Notes: a model not told the origin generated them from the sequence alone. A DNA stretch of 44,257 nucleotides from Pseudomonadota bacterium (GCA_038527425.1 JBCBFV010000001.1:1-44257), one strand, 5' to 3'; positions 7,812 to 17,336 are shown, numbered from the stretch's first letter. A program made the numbers and translations.

Positions 7812-8548
7812 CCACTCTTCCCGAGAGCACTGATAAGAAACTGGGCCTTGTCATCGATCTCGACACCTGCGTGGGCTGCCATGCCTGTGTGATCAGCTGC
7901 AAAGGCTGGAACACCGAGAACTATGGCGCGCCTTTGTCGGATCAGGATCCCTATGGCGCTGATCCGGTGGGCACATTCCTGAACCGCGTGCATTCCTTCG
8001 AGGTGCAGCCCGAGGACAAGCCCGCGCAGCTCATCCACTTCCCGAAGTCGTGCCTGCACTGCGACGACGCGCCTTGCGTGACGGTCTGCCCGACGGGGGC
8101 CTCCTACAAGCGCGCCGAGGACGGCATCGTGCTCGTCAACGAAGACAGCTGCATCGGCTGCGGTCTTTGCGCCTGGGCCTGCCCCTATGGTGCGCGCGAA
8201 ATGGACGGCGCAGAAAAGGTGATGAAAAAGTGCACGCTCTGCGTGGACCGCATCTACAATGAGAACCTGCCAGAGGAGGACCGTGTGCCCTCCTGCGTGC
8301 GGACCTGCCCCGCTGGTGCCCGGCACTTCGGCGACCTCGGTGATCCAAACAGCGCTGTCAGCGTTCTCGTCGAAGAGCGTGGCGGCATGGATCTTATGCC
8401 CGAGCAAGGCACCAAGCCTGTCAACAAATACCTGCCGCCGCGTCTGAAGGACGACATCTCCTTTGAGGCGCCCGAGCCGCTCACGCCCGTTGTGGCCGAG
8501 GCCAAAGGCTTCGTCGGTTGGCTCGACAAGATGCTAGATAAGGTCTGA
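7808..8548 (+). CDS. soeB: sulfite dehydrogenase iron-sulfur subunit SoeB
   Basis: Four ferredoxin Cys groups (CVGCHACVISC, CLHCDDAPCVTVCP, CIGCGLCAWACP, CTLC...CVRTCP); lies between soeA and soeC. Confidence 0.93.
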   Translation: MTTLPESTDKKLGLVIDLDTCVGCHACVISCKGWNTENYGAPLSDQDPYGADPVGTFLNRVHSFEVQPEDKPAQLIHFPKSCLHCDDAPCVTVCPTGASYKRAEDGIVLVNEDSCIGCGLCAWACPYGAREMDGAEKVMKKCTLCVDRIYNENLPEEDRVPSCVRTCPAGARHFGDLGDPNSAVSVLVEERGGMDLMPEQGTKPVNKYLPPRLKDDISFEAPEPLTPVVAEAKGFVGWLDKMLDKV

Positions 8549-8551
8549 CCC

Positions 8552-9427
8552 ATGCATCCAGCTCCTTCAGTTATCGTCTTCACCACCCTCTCGGGTCTGG
8601 GCTTTGGTTTGCTCTTCTGGCTAGGCCTTGGGCTGCCGGTCGTCACAGGTTGGGCCGCCTTCTTCTATTTCGCGCTGGCCTTTGGGTGCGCGGTGGGCGG
8701 GCTTTTGGCCTCCACCTTCCACCTTGGCCATCCGGAGCGTGCGTGGCGCGCGTTCACGCAGTGGCGCTCCTCCTGGCTCAGCCGCGAGGGGATCTGCGCG
8801 GTGGCGTCTCTCTTGGTGTTCGGCCTCTACGCCATTGGCCTTGTTTTCTTGGGGCAGCAGTGGGTTGTGCTGGGGCTCTTGGGCTCGGTGCTTGCCATCG
8901 GGACAGTGTTCACGACAGCCATGATCTACACCCAGCTCAAGACGGTGCCGCGGTGGAATACGCCCGTGACGCCGGTGCTCTTCCTGTCGTTGTCGCTCGG
9001 CGGCGGTGCTCTTTTGGCGGGGCAGGCCGTGGCCGCGCTTCTCTTGCTGCTGGTCGCTGGCGCGGCGCAGGTGGTCTGGTGGATGCAAGGCGACAAGGCC
9101 TTGTCGGAAAGCGGGACAACGCTTGCGACTGCCACGGGTCTTGGTTCCATCGGTAAGGTGCGCAGCTTTGAGCCACCGCACACTGGCACGAACTATCTGC
9201 TCAAAGAGTTCGTGCATGTCGTGGGCCGCAAACACGCCCAAAAACTGCGGCTCATCGCGGCGGTGTCGGGCTATGCGCTACCGATCCTCGTGCTGTTCTT
9301 CCTGCCTCTTGGCTGGTTCCTGCTCGCGCTCACTGTGGTTCTCCACACCGTGGGCGTGGCCGCATCCCGCTGGCTCTTCTTCGCTGAGGCTGAGCACGTC
9401 GTAGGCCTCTACTACGGCAAGCGCTGA
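8552..9427 (+). CDS. soeC: sulfite dehydrogenase membrane anchor SoeC (DmsC/NrfD family)
   Basis: MHPAPSVIVFTTLSGLGFG, STFHLGHPERAWRAFTQWRSSWLSRE and RWLFFAEAEHVVGLYYG; multiple TM helices. Confidence 0.93.
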   Translation: MHPAPSVIVFTTLSGLGFGLLFWLGLGLPVVTGWAAFFYFALAFGCAVGGLLASTFHLGHPERAWRAFTQWRSSWLSREGICAVASLLVFGLYAIGLVFLGQQWVVLGLLGSVLAIGTVFTTAMIYTQLKTVPRWNTPVTPVLFLSLSLGGGALLAGQAVAALLLLLVAGAAQVVWWMQGDKALSESGTTLATATGLGSIGKVRSFEPPHTGTNYLLKEFVHVVGRKHAQKLRLIAAVSGYALPILVLFFLPLGWFLLALTVVLHTVGVAASRWLFFAEAEHVVGLYYGKR

Positions 9428-9477
9428 GTTTCCAAACCTCCTGCGCCTCGCTAGTCTTGCGCGTAGGGAGGACGCCA

Positions 9478-9849
9478 ATGGACAAGCATGACAGGGGCAT
9501 GGAGGTGCGCCGCGCCGTACTCGGCGCGGAACATGTGGACCGTGCGGAGGCTTCAAAAACCCCCTTCGACGCTCCGTTTCAGGAGCTGATCACCGAAGGT
9601 GCCTGGGGCACCGTCTGGGCTGACGACAGCATCAGCCGGCGGGAACGCTCGATGCTGACCCTGGCGCTGCTCGCCGCCACCGGAAACTTTGCCGAGATAC
9701 CCATGCATATCCGTGCCACCGCCAACACCGGGGCCAGTGAAGAGGACGTCATGCAGGCCTTCATGCACGTGGCGATCTACGCGGGCGTGCCCAAGGCAAA
9801 CCACGCCATCAAGCTCGCCAAGGAAACCTATGAGGAGATGCGCGGATGA
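9478..9849 (+). CDS. pcaC: 4-carboxymuconolactone decarboxylase
   Basis: GMEVRRAVLG.EHVDRA, FQELITEGAWGTVW and AIYAGVPKANHA; ATG after GGGAGG. Confidence 0.92.
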   Translation: MDKHDRGMEVRRAVLGAEHVDRAEASKTPFDAPFQELITEGAWGTVWADDSISRRERSMLTLALLAATGNFAEIPMHIRATANTGASEEDVMQAFMHVAIYAGVPKANHAIKLAKETYEEMRG

Positions 9850-10556
9850 CCGGGCTGTATCCGCGCGACTGGGATCGTCAGCCGCCGGCAAACACTCCCG
9901 ACTACCGGACGACCAAGTTCAGGTCGCCAACACGCCCGCTGATCCGTCTGGAGGGATCGCCCTCGGACACCACGGGCCCCGTCTTCAACAACGACGATCT
10001 CGGCCCGGATGACTGGAACCTTTTGACAAACTTCGCGCGCCCTGGGGAAAGCCCGATCGGCCCGAGGATTTTCATCCACGGTCGTGTTCTGGATGAGAAC
10101 GCCCGCCCTGTGCCGAACGCCCTCGTGGAATGCTGGCAGGCCAACGCGGGTGGCCGGTACCGCCACAAGGTTGATACCTACCTCGCCCCAGTTGATCCCA
10201 ACTTCGGTGGCTGTGGTCGGACGCTCACGGATGGTGAAGGCCGCTACCGCTTTCACACCGTCCAGCCGGGTGCCTATCCCTGGCCCAACGGTCCAAACAC
10301 CTGGCGACCAGCGCATATCCACTTCTCGATCTTTGGGGAGGCGTTTTCGCAGCGCCTGATCACCCAGTGCTACTTTGAGGGCGATCCCTTCATTCCGCTC
10401 TGCGCCATCGTGCAGACGCTGCCCACGGCGGAGGCGGTCGATGGGCTGACGGCCAAGCTCGACATGTCAGAGACGGTGCCGCACGATACGGTGGCCTACC
10501 GCTTTGATATCATCCTGCGGGGGCGTCATCAGACATGGCACGAGGGCGGGCAATGA
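9846..10556 (+). CDS. pcaH: protocatechuate 3,4-dioxygenase beta subunit
   Basis: Fe(III) ligand motifs WQANAGGRYRH, PGAYPWPN and WRPAHIHFS; ATGA overlap with pcaC. Confidence 0.95.
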   Translation: MTGLYPRDWDRQPPANTPDYRTTKFRSPTRPLIRLEGSPSDTTGPVFNNDDLGPDDWNLLTNFARPGESPIGPRIFIHGRVLDENARPVPNALVECWQANAGGRYRHKVDTYLAPVDPNFGGCGRTLTDGEGRYRFHTVQPGAYPWPNGPNTWRPAHIHFSIFGEAFSQRLITQCYFEGDPFIPLCAIVQTLPTAEAVDGLTAKLDMSETVPHDTVAYRFDIILRGRHQTWHEGGQ

Positions 10557-11113
10557 CGCGTCCGAACAAAGAACGCCTCGAGAGCGCGTCGCAGACCGCT
10601 GGGCCTTACGTCCACATCGGGCTCGCGCCGACGGCGGCGGGGTTTGAGATTTACGAGGAAGCCGGACGCGACATCGCGGGGCCCCATGCCGAGGGCGAGC
10701 GCATCCGCGTGGAGGGCGTCGTCTTGGACGGCGCGGGCGAGCCTGTGCGCGATGTCCTGATCGAAGTCTGGCAAGCCAATGCTGCAGGCAACTACGCCCC
10801 CGAGGGGGTCGAGGAAGGTTTCCGCGGCTGGGGCCGCGTTATCTGCGACTTTGATACCGGCGAATGGGCATTCGAAACGGTTCGTCCCGGTGCCAAGGAA
10901 GGCGCGCCACATCTCAATCTCTGGATCGTGGCACGTGGTATCAACGTCGGACTACATACGCGGATGTATTTCCCGGAAGCCACAGAAGACCCGCTTTTGA
11001 CGCGTCTTTGTGCGCGAGCGCACACATTGTTGGCGACCAAACAGACTACCGGCGTCTACCGCTTTGACATACGCCTACAGGGCAACAACGAGACGGTCTT
11101 CTTCGATGTCTAA
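10553..11113 (+). CDS. pcaG: protocatechuate 3,4-dioxygenase alpha subunit
   Basis: ESASQTAGPYVHIG, IEVWQANAAG, APHLNLWIVARGIN and YRFDIRLQG.NETVFFDV; ATGA overlap with pcaH. Confidence 0.95.
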   Translation: MTRPNKERLESASQTAGPYVHIGLAPTAAGFEIYEEAGRDIAGPHAEGERIRVEGVVLDGAGEPVRDVLIEVWQANAAGNYAPEGVEEGFRGWGRVICDFDTGEWAFETVRPGAKEGAPHLNLWIVARGINVGLHTRMYFPEATEDPLLTRLCARAHTLLATKQTTGVYRFDIRLQGNNETVFFDV

Positions 11114-11939
11114 GCCTTGTATCATCTGCGTCGCCATTACGGGCTCGCTGCCCACGAAAGCCAATAACCCTGCCGTGCCGATCTCCATCGTGGAGCAGGT
11201 TGAGAGCACCCACGAGGCCTTTGAAGCGGGGGCCACGATTGTCCATGCCCATGTGCGCAATGCTGATGAAACGCCTTCGTCCGATCCGGACAAGTTCGCG
11301 GCGCTGAAGGAAGGGATCGAGAAGCACTGCCCCGGCATGATCACGCAGTTTTCGACCGGCGGACGGTCAGGAGCAGGGCAGGAGCGGGGCGGGATGCTGC
11401 CCCTACGGCCGGACATGGCCTCGCTTTCCGTGGGCTCCAATAACTTTCCCACGCGTGTTTATGAGAACCCGCCTGACCTTGTGGAATGGCTGGCCTCCGA
11501 AATGCTCGAGCACAATGTGAAACCAGAGATCGAGGCCTTTGATCTGAGCCACATCCTCAAAGCCCGTCAAATGGCGGATGAGGGTAAACTTGCCGGCACG
11601 CCGTACGTGCAATTCGTCATGGGCGTGAAGAACGCCATGCCGGCTGACCGCCATGTGTTCGACTATTACGTTTCGACGGTTGAGCGGCTCTTTGGGGCTG
11701 ACGCACCTTGGTGCGCGGCAGGGATCGGCGTGGCTCAACTGACGTTGAACGAATGGGCAATTGCCGCGGGTGGGCATGCGCGCACGGGGCTTGAGGACAA
11801 TGTTCGCCTCGATCGCGACACCCTTGCCCCTTCAAACGCGGCTTTGGTGCGCCGGGCTGTCGAAATTTGCTCAAAAAATGAGCGTCCGGTCGCGACCTGG
11901 CAGCAAGCCCGCGATATCTTGGGCCTCGCGCATCCATAG
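11106..11939 (+). CDS. beta-keto acid cleavage enzyme (BKACE, DUF849, 3-keto-5-aminohexanoate cleavage family)
   Basis: CVAITGS, AGATIVHAHVR (Zn ligands), QFSTGGRSG and GGHARTGLEDN; start overlaps the pcaG end. Confidence 0.92.
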   Translation: MSKPCIICVAITGSLPTKANNPAVPISIVEQVESTHEAFEAGATIVHAHVRNADETPSSDPDKFAALKEGIEKHCPGMITQFSTGGRSGAGQERGGMLPLRPDMASLSVGSNNFPTRVYENPPDLVEWLASEMLEHNVKPEIEAFDLSHILKARQMADEGKLAGTPYVQFVMGVKNAMPADRHVFDYYVSTVERLFGADAPWCAAGIGVAQLTLNEWAIAAGGHARTGLEDNVRLDRDTLAPSNAALVRRAVEICSKNERPVATWQQARDILGLAHP

Positions 11940-12013
11940 CCACTAGATAATCAGGTCTCTGAAAACAGAAGATTTTTCTGTTGTCTTGTAGGGGTGCTGA
12001 CCTAACTTCTCTT

Positions 12014-12065
12014 ATTGAGAATAATTCGCAATCTCATTGACGTTGCGAATGCTTCGCATTATCTT
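12014..12065 (+). promoter_or_regulatory. tandem Mur/Fur-type boxes overlapping the sigma70 promoter of sitA
   Basis: 19-bp 9-1-9 imperfect palindromes ATTGAGAATAATTCGCAAT (12014-12032) and GTTGCGAATGCTTCGCATT (12042-12060); -35 TTGACG (12037-12042), 17-bp spacer, -10 TATCTT (12060-12065). Confidence 0.75.
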
Positions 12066-12110
12066 TTCTTGGTGATGGCGCACGCGCCTGCGCCTTTCGA
12101 GAGGTTTGAT

Positions 12111-13058
12111 ATGACCCTGACGAAGAGAACTTTCCTCGCCGCGACTTTTGCGATGGCCATGCCCTTTGCGGCGATGGCCGAAGATCGCACCAGTGTTGTT
12201 GCGACCACCGGGATGATTGCGGATGCAGCGGCCGCGGTGGGAGGCGATCTCATCGACGTTCGTGCGTTGATGGGGCCGGGGGTCGACCCGCATGCCTACC
12301 GCGCGACCCGCACCGACATCGTCGCCATGGCGGGTGCGGATGTCGTGCTGTGGAACGGGCTTTATCTCGAAGCGCAAATGGAAGACTTCCTCCAGGAGCT
12401 CGGTGAAGAGAATACCGTCGTAGCGGTGGCTGAGGCCGTGCCAGAGACGCTTCTTTTGTCGTCCGAGGATTACGAAGGCCGCTACGACCCGCATCTATGG
12501 ATGAACCCCAACCTGTGGTCGCGCGTGGTTGTCGAAGTGCGCGACGCGCTGATCGACGTGGCGCCCGAGGATGAGGTCGCGTTCCGCGCCAATGCAGATG
12601 CCTACCTTCAGGACCTCTCTGAGCTCGCCCGCTACACAACCGAAGTGCTGTCCACCGTGCCTACCGAGGCGCGCGTGGTGCTGTCGTCCCACGATGCGTT
12701 CAACTATTTCGGCTCGGCCTATGGGTTCGAGGTGATGGGCATCCAGGGCATCTCGACCGAGTCCGAGGCGGGCCTCAAGCGCATCAGCGAGCTCGTCGAT
12801 ATGCTTGTCTCGCGCGACATCCGCGCGGTGTTCGTGGAAACCTCCGTGTCCGATCGCAATGTGCGTGCCCTCATCGAAGGTGCAGCCGCGCAGGGCCATG
12901 AAGTGGTCATTGGCGGCGAGCTTTACTCCGACGCCATGGGGGAACCCGGCACATATGAGGGCACCTATGTTGGGATGATCGACGCGAACGCGACGACGAT
13001 TTCCCGCGCGCTTGGTGGCCGCGCACCGGAGACTGGAATGCAAGGCATGCTGAACTGA
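12111..13058 (+). CDS. sitA: Mn/Fe ABC transporter substrate-binding protein (SitA/TroA family)
   Basis: Signal peptide; GVDPHAY, DPHLWM, SHDAFNYF and LYSDAMG metal-ligand motifs; ATG 12111 after GAGAGG. Confidence 0.9.
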   Translation: MTLTKRTFLAATFAMAMPFAAMAEDRTSVVATTGMIADAAAAVGGDLIDVRALMGPGVDPHAYRATRTDIVAMAGADVVLWNGLYLEAQMEDFLQELGEENTVVAVAEAVPETLLLSSEDYEGRYDPHLWMNPNLWSRVVVEVRDALIDVAPEDEVAFRANADAYLQDLSELARYTTEVLSTVPTEARVVLSSHDAFNYFGSAYGFEVMGIQGISTESEAGLKRISELVDMLVSRDIRAVFVETSVSDRNVRALIEGAAAQGHEVVIGGELYSDAMGEPGTYEGTYVGMIDANATTISRALGGRAPETGMQGMLN

Positions 13059-13876
13059 TGGCGCCGTTTGAACCGGAAATCGTAACTGAGGACGGTACGC
13101 TCCTGCCGGTGCAGATTGCTGCAGACGCTGCTCTGTCGATCCGCAGCGCGACCGTTTCCTATGGCGACAAGCCTGCCGTGTTCTCGGTGGATGCGACGTT
13201 CCCGGCAGGCTCGATGTCAGCGATTGTGGGGCCGAATGGGGCAGGGAAGTCCACGCTCCTGAAAGCCGCGCTCGGCGTTATCCCGCGGGTGTCCGGCGAC
13301 GTCTATGTCTACGGGGAGCCTGTGGAGCAGGCGCGAAACCGCATCGCCTACGTGCCGCAGCGCGCGAGTGTTGATTGGGACTTTCCGACGACCGTGCTCG
13401 ATGTCGTTCAGATGGGGCTTTATCCTCGTTTGGGACTTCTGGGGCGTCTCGGTGGCGCGATGCGCAAAGAGGCGCTGGCCTGTCTTGATCGCGTTGGCAT
13501 GGCCGACTTTGCCAACCGCCAGATCGGCCAGCTTTCCGGCGGCCAGCAGCAACGTGTGTTCTTGGCGCGCGCGCTGGCTCAGGACGCGGATCTGTATCTC
13601 CTCGACGAACCCTTCGCCGGCGTCGATGCCGCGACAGAGCGCGCCATCATCGATGTGCTCCATGCACTCAAGGCCGAGGGTAAGGCCGTCGTCGCCGTTC
13701 ATCATGATCTGGCGACCGTGCGCGACTATTTTGACCATGTCTTCATGATCAACGTACGCCGGGTCGCTGAAGGCCCCGTTGAGAGCACGTTCACTACGGC
13801 CTCCCTACAAGCGACATATGGCGGGCGCCTCGCGGCCACCCATCTGAGCGAGCTTGCGCTGACCGGCGCGGGTTAA
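13058..13876 (+). CDS. sitB: Mn/Fe ABC transporter ATP-binding protein
   Basis: GPNGAGKST, YVPQR, LSGGQQQR, LLDEPF and VHHDL. Confidence 0.9.
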   Translation: MAPFEPEIVTEDGTLLPVQIAADAALSIRSATVSYGDKPAVFSVDATFPAGSMSAIVGPNGAGKSTLLKAALGVIPRVSGDVYVYGEPVEQARNRIAYVPQRASVDWDFPTTVLDVVQMGLYPRLGLLGRLGGAMRKEALACLDRVGMADFANRQIGQLSGGQQQRVFLARALAQDADLYLLDEPFAGVDAATERAIIDVLHALKAEGKAVVAVHHDLATVRDYFDHVFMINVRRVAEGPVESTFTTASLQATYGGRLAATHLSELALTGAG

Positions 13877-13890
13877 CGGCGGCCTGGCCC

Positions 13891-15093
13891 ATGGCCTTTC
13901 TCGAGGCACTCTTCCTTCAATCGGGCTACAACGCCGCGCTCGTGACCATCGGCGCGGCCCTGCTTGGTTTCTCTGCAGGGTCCGCTGGCAGCTTTCTGTT
14001 CCTGCGCAAGCGTGCCCTCGTCTCTGACGCTGTTGCCCATGCCACGCTGCCGGGCGTGGCACTTGCCTTTATGATCATGGTTGCCCTCGGCGGCGATGGA
14101 CGGAACCTCTTCGGGTTGCTTCTCGGTTCAGCCGTCACAGCGGGTCTCGGGCTTCTCGCGATTGAATGGATTTCACGCCGCACGCGGTTGTCTGAGGATG
14201 CCGCCATTGGCGCCGTGCTTGGCGTCTTCTTTGGTTTTGGTGTCGTTCTTCTGACCGTCATTCAAACGATGAGCACTGGTCGTCAGGCCGGGCTTGAGAG
14301 CTTCTTGCTGGGCTCAACAGCGGGCATGCTCTTTCAAGACGCGCTGGTGGTCGCGGGCGGCGGCCTTTTCTCGGTGCTTGTGATCTGGCTTCTAAAGCGT
14401 CCGATGACGCTTGTGTCCTTTGACGCCGACTACGCCGCCTCGCTCGGCTACGACGTGCGGCGCATTGATCTGGCCATTATGGGGCTCGTCATGGCGGCCA
14501 CGGTCGTTGGGCTGAAAATCGTTGGGCTGATTTTGATCGTCGCCATGCTGATCATTCCTTCCGTGACAGCCCGGTTCTGGACCAACCGTTCGGGGCGGCT
14601 CGTCTGGATTGCGGGCGCCTTGGGAGGCGTGTCTGGTTATCTCGGCGCGGCTTTGTCGGCTTCTGTGCCCTATCTGCCGACTGGGCCGATCATCGTCTTG
14701 GTTGCGGCAGCTCTCTTTACCCTGTCGCTTCTCTTTGCACCCGCGCGCGGGGTTCTTGCCGCCGCATTGAGGCACCGACGCTTTCAGGCACGCGTCCATC
14801 GACGCCAGGGGCTTTTGGCGCTCGCTTCACAGCATCCGATCCGCGAGGGCTATACGCTGCGCTTGCTGGCGCGGGAGGGCCTTGTTCGGGCCGACGGTGT
14901 GCCAACCCTCGAGGGACGCGCCGAGGCTGCGAAAGTCGTGCGCGATGAGGAGCGTTGGACCATTGCCCGTCGCATCCACCAAGACATCGGGCTTTCAGGT
15001 CAATACGACGGTCTGACCCCCATTGAGGAGGTCTTCACCCCTGATGAGATCGCTGAATTCGACCGCCGCCTCGGCCCACCGGAGGCCGTGTGA
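13891..15093 (+). CDS. sitC: Mn/Fe ABC transporter permease with ~100-aa C-terminal cytoplasmic extension
   Basis: ABC-3 motifs LRKRALVSDAVAHATLPG, EDAAIG and SFDADYA. Confidence 0.88.
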   Translation: MAFLEALFLQSGYNAALVTIGAALLGFSAGSAGSFLFLRKRALVSDAVAHATLPGVALAFMIMVALGGDGRNLFGLLLGSAVTAGLGLLAIEWISRRTRLSEDAAIGAVLGVFFGFGVVLLTVIQTMSTGRQAGLESFLLGSTAGMLFQDALVVAGGGLFSVLVIWLLKRPMTLVSFDADYAASLGYDVRRIDLAIMGLVMAATVVGLKIVGLILIVAMLIIPSVTARFWTNRSGRLVWIAGALGGVSGYLGAALSASVPYLPTGPIIVLVAAALFTLSLLFAPARGVLAAALRHRRFQARVHRRQGLLALASQHPIREGYTLRLLAREGLVRADGVPTLEGRAEAAKVVRDEERWTIARRIHQDIGLSGQYDGLTPIEEVFTPDEIAEFDRRLGPPEAV

Positions 15094-16025
15094 TGGGGGC
15101 AGAGTTCGTCCAATTCTCTCTTACGCCGATGCTGATCGGGGTGCTCGCGGCCATCGCCTGTGCGCTTCCGGGGAACTTCCTGATCTTGCGTCGACAGGCG
15201 CTGATCGGTGATGCGATCAGCCATGTTGTTCTGCCGGGGATCGTTGTGGCGTTCTTGATTACGGGCGTCGTTGCCACGCTGCCCATGCTTCTCGGGGCGG
15301 CAGGGGCTGCCTTGCTCGCCGTGGTTTTGATCGAAGCCGTTCGACGCCTGGGCGGGATTGAGCCCGGCGCGGCCATGGGTGTCGTCTTCACCACGATGTT
15401 TGCGGCCGGGGTGCTCATCCTTGAACAGACAGATACCTCCAGCGTCCACCTCGATGTGGAGCACGCGCTTATGGGCAATCTTGAATCGCTTGTTTGGTTC
15501 AAGGCCGATGGTTGGGCGTCCCTTCTTGACGTGGAGGCCCTTGCGGGCTTGCCGGAAGAGCTTCCGCGCATGGCACTGGCCTGTGCGGTGACGATCGCAT
15601 TGACCGTGATCTTCTGGCGTTGGCTGAAGATCTCGACCTTCGATGAGGCGTTCGCGCGCGCCATGGGCATCCCCGTACGCGCCGTTGGCTTCGGGCTGGT
15701 CACCGTGGCAGCCATCGCCGCCGTGGCCGCATTTGACGCAGTAGGCTCGATCATCGTGATCTCCATGTTCATCTGCCCGCCAGCGGCGGCGCGGTTGATG
15801 ACCAATAGTCTGAGCCATCAGGTGCTTTGGTCCGTGGCCTTCGCGACACTCTCGGCCGTCGTTGGATTTGTGCTCGCAGGCTACGGCCCGCTCTGGCTTG
15901 GTGCGGTGAATGCAGTCAGCGCAGCTGGCATGATCGCCACCGTCTCTGGCGTGATCCTGGCGCTTGCCTGTATTTTCGGCCCGCACGCCCGACGCGTGGG
16001 AGAAGCGGCCGCCCAGAGCAACTAG
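15090..16025 (+). CDS. sitD: Mn/Fe ABC transporter permease
   Basis: LRRQALIGDAISHVVLPG, VHLDVEHAL and STFDEAFA; start is GTG 15090 or ATG 15093. Confidence 0.88.
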   Translation: MMGAEFVQFSLTPMLIGVLAAIACALPGNFLILRRQALIGDAISHVVLPGIVVAFLITGVVATLPMLLGAAGAALLAVVLIEAVRRLGGIEPGAAMGVVFTTMFAAGVLILEQTDTSSVHLDVEHALMGNLESLVWFKADGWASLLDVEALAGLPEELPRMALACAVTIALTVIFWRWLKISTFDEAFARAMGIPVRAVGFGLVTVAAIAAVAAFDAVGSIIVISMFICPPAAARLMTNSLSHQVLWSVAFATLSAVVGFVLAGYGPLWLGAVNAVSAAGMIATVSGVILALACIFGPHARRVGEAAAQSN

Positions 16026-16063
16026 GGCTGGACATCAGCCGCTAACGGCGCAAATGCCGTTTC

Positions 16064-17269
16064 ATGAAACTTTCGGGCCCATTCCTCTTCATTCTCGCGA
16101 CATTGATGATCGACGCGATTGGCGTGGGCATCGTCTTCCCCATCATGCCTGATCTGATGGATCGGGTCGGTGCGAGTTCGACCGCCGACGGCGCCTTCCT
16201 GAGCGGCGTGATGATGAGCGCCTATGCGGCGGCGATGTTCCTTTTTGGTCCCATTATCGGTTCTTTGTCAGACGCTTATGGCCGCCGCCCGGTCCTTATC
16301 GCTGCCCTTGTGACGTTGACGCTCGACTACGTCATCATGGCGCTGGCGCAGGAGTACTGGCTATTGCTCGTGGGGCGCATCGTGGCCGGGCTCGCGGGCG
16401 CCACATATATCACCGCGACGGCCTACATTTCAGACATTGCAAAGCCCGAAGAACGGGGCGCGGCTTTTGGCATGATCGGTGCCGCCTTCGGGATCGGCTT
16501 TGTCATTGGCCCCGCCTTAGGCGGCGTTGCATCAGGTTGGCACATCACGGCGCCGTTTTGGATCGCGGCTGCATTGTCCGGGGTGAACGTGATCTTCGGA
16601 CTGCTCGTTCTGCCCGAGTCCCTCAAACCCGAGAACCGCCGCCCCTTCGGACGGCGCGACCTGAACCCTTTCGCCTCGATCTGGCGGGCGTTCGTCATCC
16701 CCGGGCTCGCCATTCCGCTGGTCTGCATCTTCGTCTTCGAGTTCGCCAACCTCGTCTACGTCACGCTCTGGTCCTTCTGGGGCAGGCAAGTCTTCGGATG
16801 GGACGGCTTTACGATCGGTCTCACGCTGTCGGCCTACGGCGTGCTGATCGCTGCCGTGCAGGCCGGTATCCTGCCGCAATTGACGAAGCGGCTGGGTGAC
16901 TATCGCACGCTCCTTCTCGGCGTCATTTGCGCGCTCATTGCTTTCACCGCATTCGGGTTGGCGGCGGCGGTTTGGGCTGTGGTGATCTTTCTTCCCATTG
17001 CAGCGCTCTCGGACATGGCGCCGCCGCTGCTGACGGCCTTTGCGGCCAACCGCGTGGGCGATGACCTTCAAGGGCTTGTGCAGGGCGTGATCGCTTCGCT
17101 GAGTTCGGTCGCGGCTGTGATCGCGCCTCTCATTTTCACAGGCGTCTTCGAGAACTTCGTGAACGGGTCCTCTGTCTACCTGCCGGGCGCGCCGTTCTTG
17201 ATGAGCGGGCTCCTCGTCCTCGCGATTTTGCCCCTGGTCTGGCGTTTGGACCCCAAAAGGACCGGCTGA
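16064..17269 (+). CDS. MFS efflux transporter, TCR/TetA (DHA1) family
   Basis: About 12 TM helices; motif A GSLSDAYGRRPV, GRIVAG, motif C GFVIGPALGG and LPESL. Confidence 0.9.
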   Translation: MKLSGPFLFILATLMIDAIGVGIVFPIMPDLMDRVGASSTADGAFLSGVMMSAYAAAMFLFGPIIGSLSDAYGRRPVLIAALVTLTLDYVIMALAQEYWLLLVGRIVAGLAGATYITATAYISDIAKPEERGAAFGMIGAAFGIGFVIGPALGGVASGWHITAPFWIAAALSGVNVIFGLLVLPESLKPENRRPFGRRDLNPFASIWRAFVIPGLAIPLVCIFVFEFANLVYVTLWSFWGRQVFGWDGFTIGLTLSAYGVLIAAVQAGILPQLTKRLGDYRTLLLGVICALIAFTAFGLAAAVWAVVIFLPIAALSDMAPPLLTAFAANRVGDDLQGLVQGVIASLSSVAAVIAPLIFTGVFENFVNGSSVYLPGAPFLMSGLLVLAILPLVWRLDPKRTG

Positions 17270-17336
17270 CGGCAAAAAAAGGGTCTGCACTTCTGAAATT
17301 TCGCCGTTAGCCTGCGCGAAACTAAGGGAGGACTTC

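Noticed and set aside
16064-17269. Acquired tetracycline resistance gene
   Set aside because: No tetR or mobile context and host-like codon usage; only a family-level call is justified.
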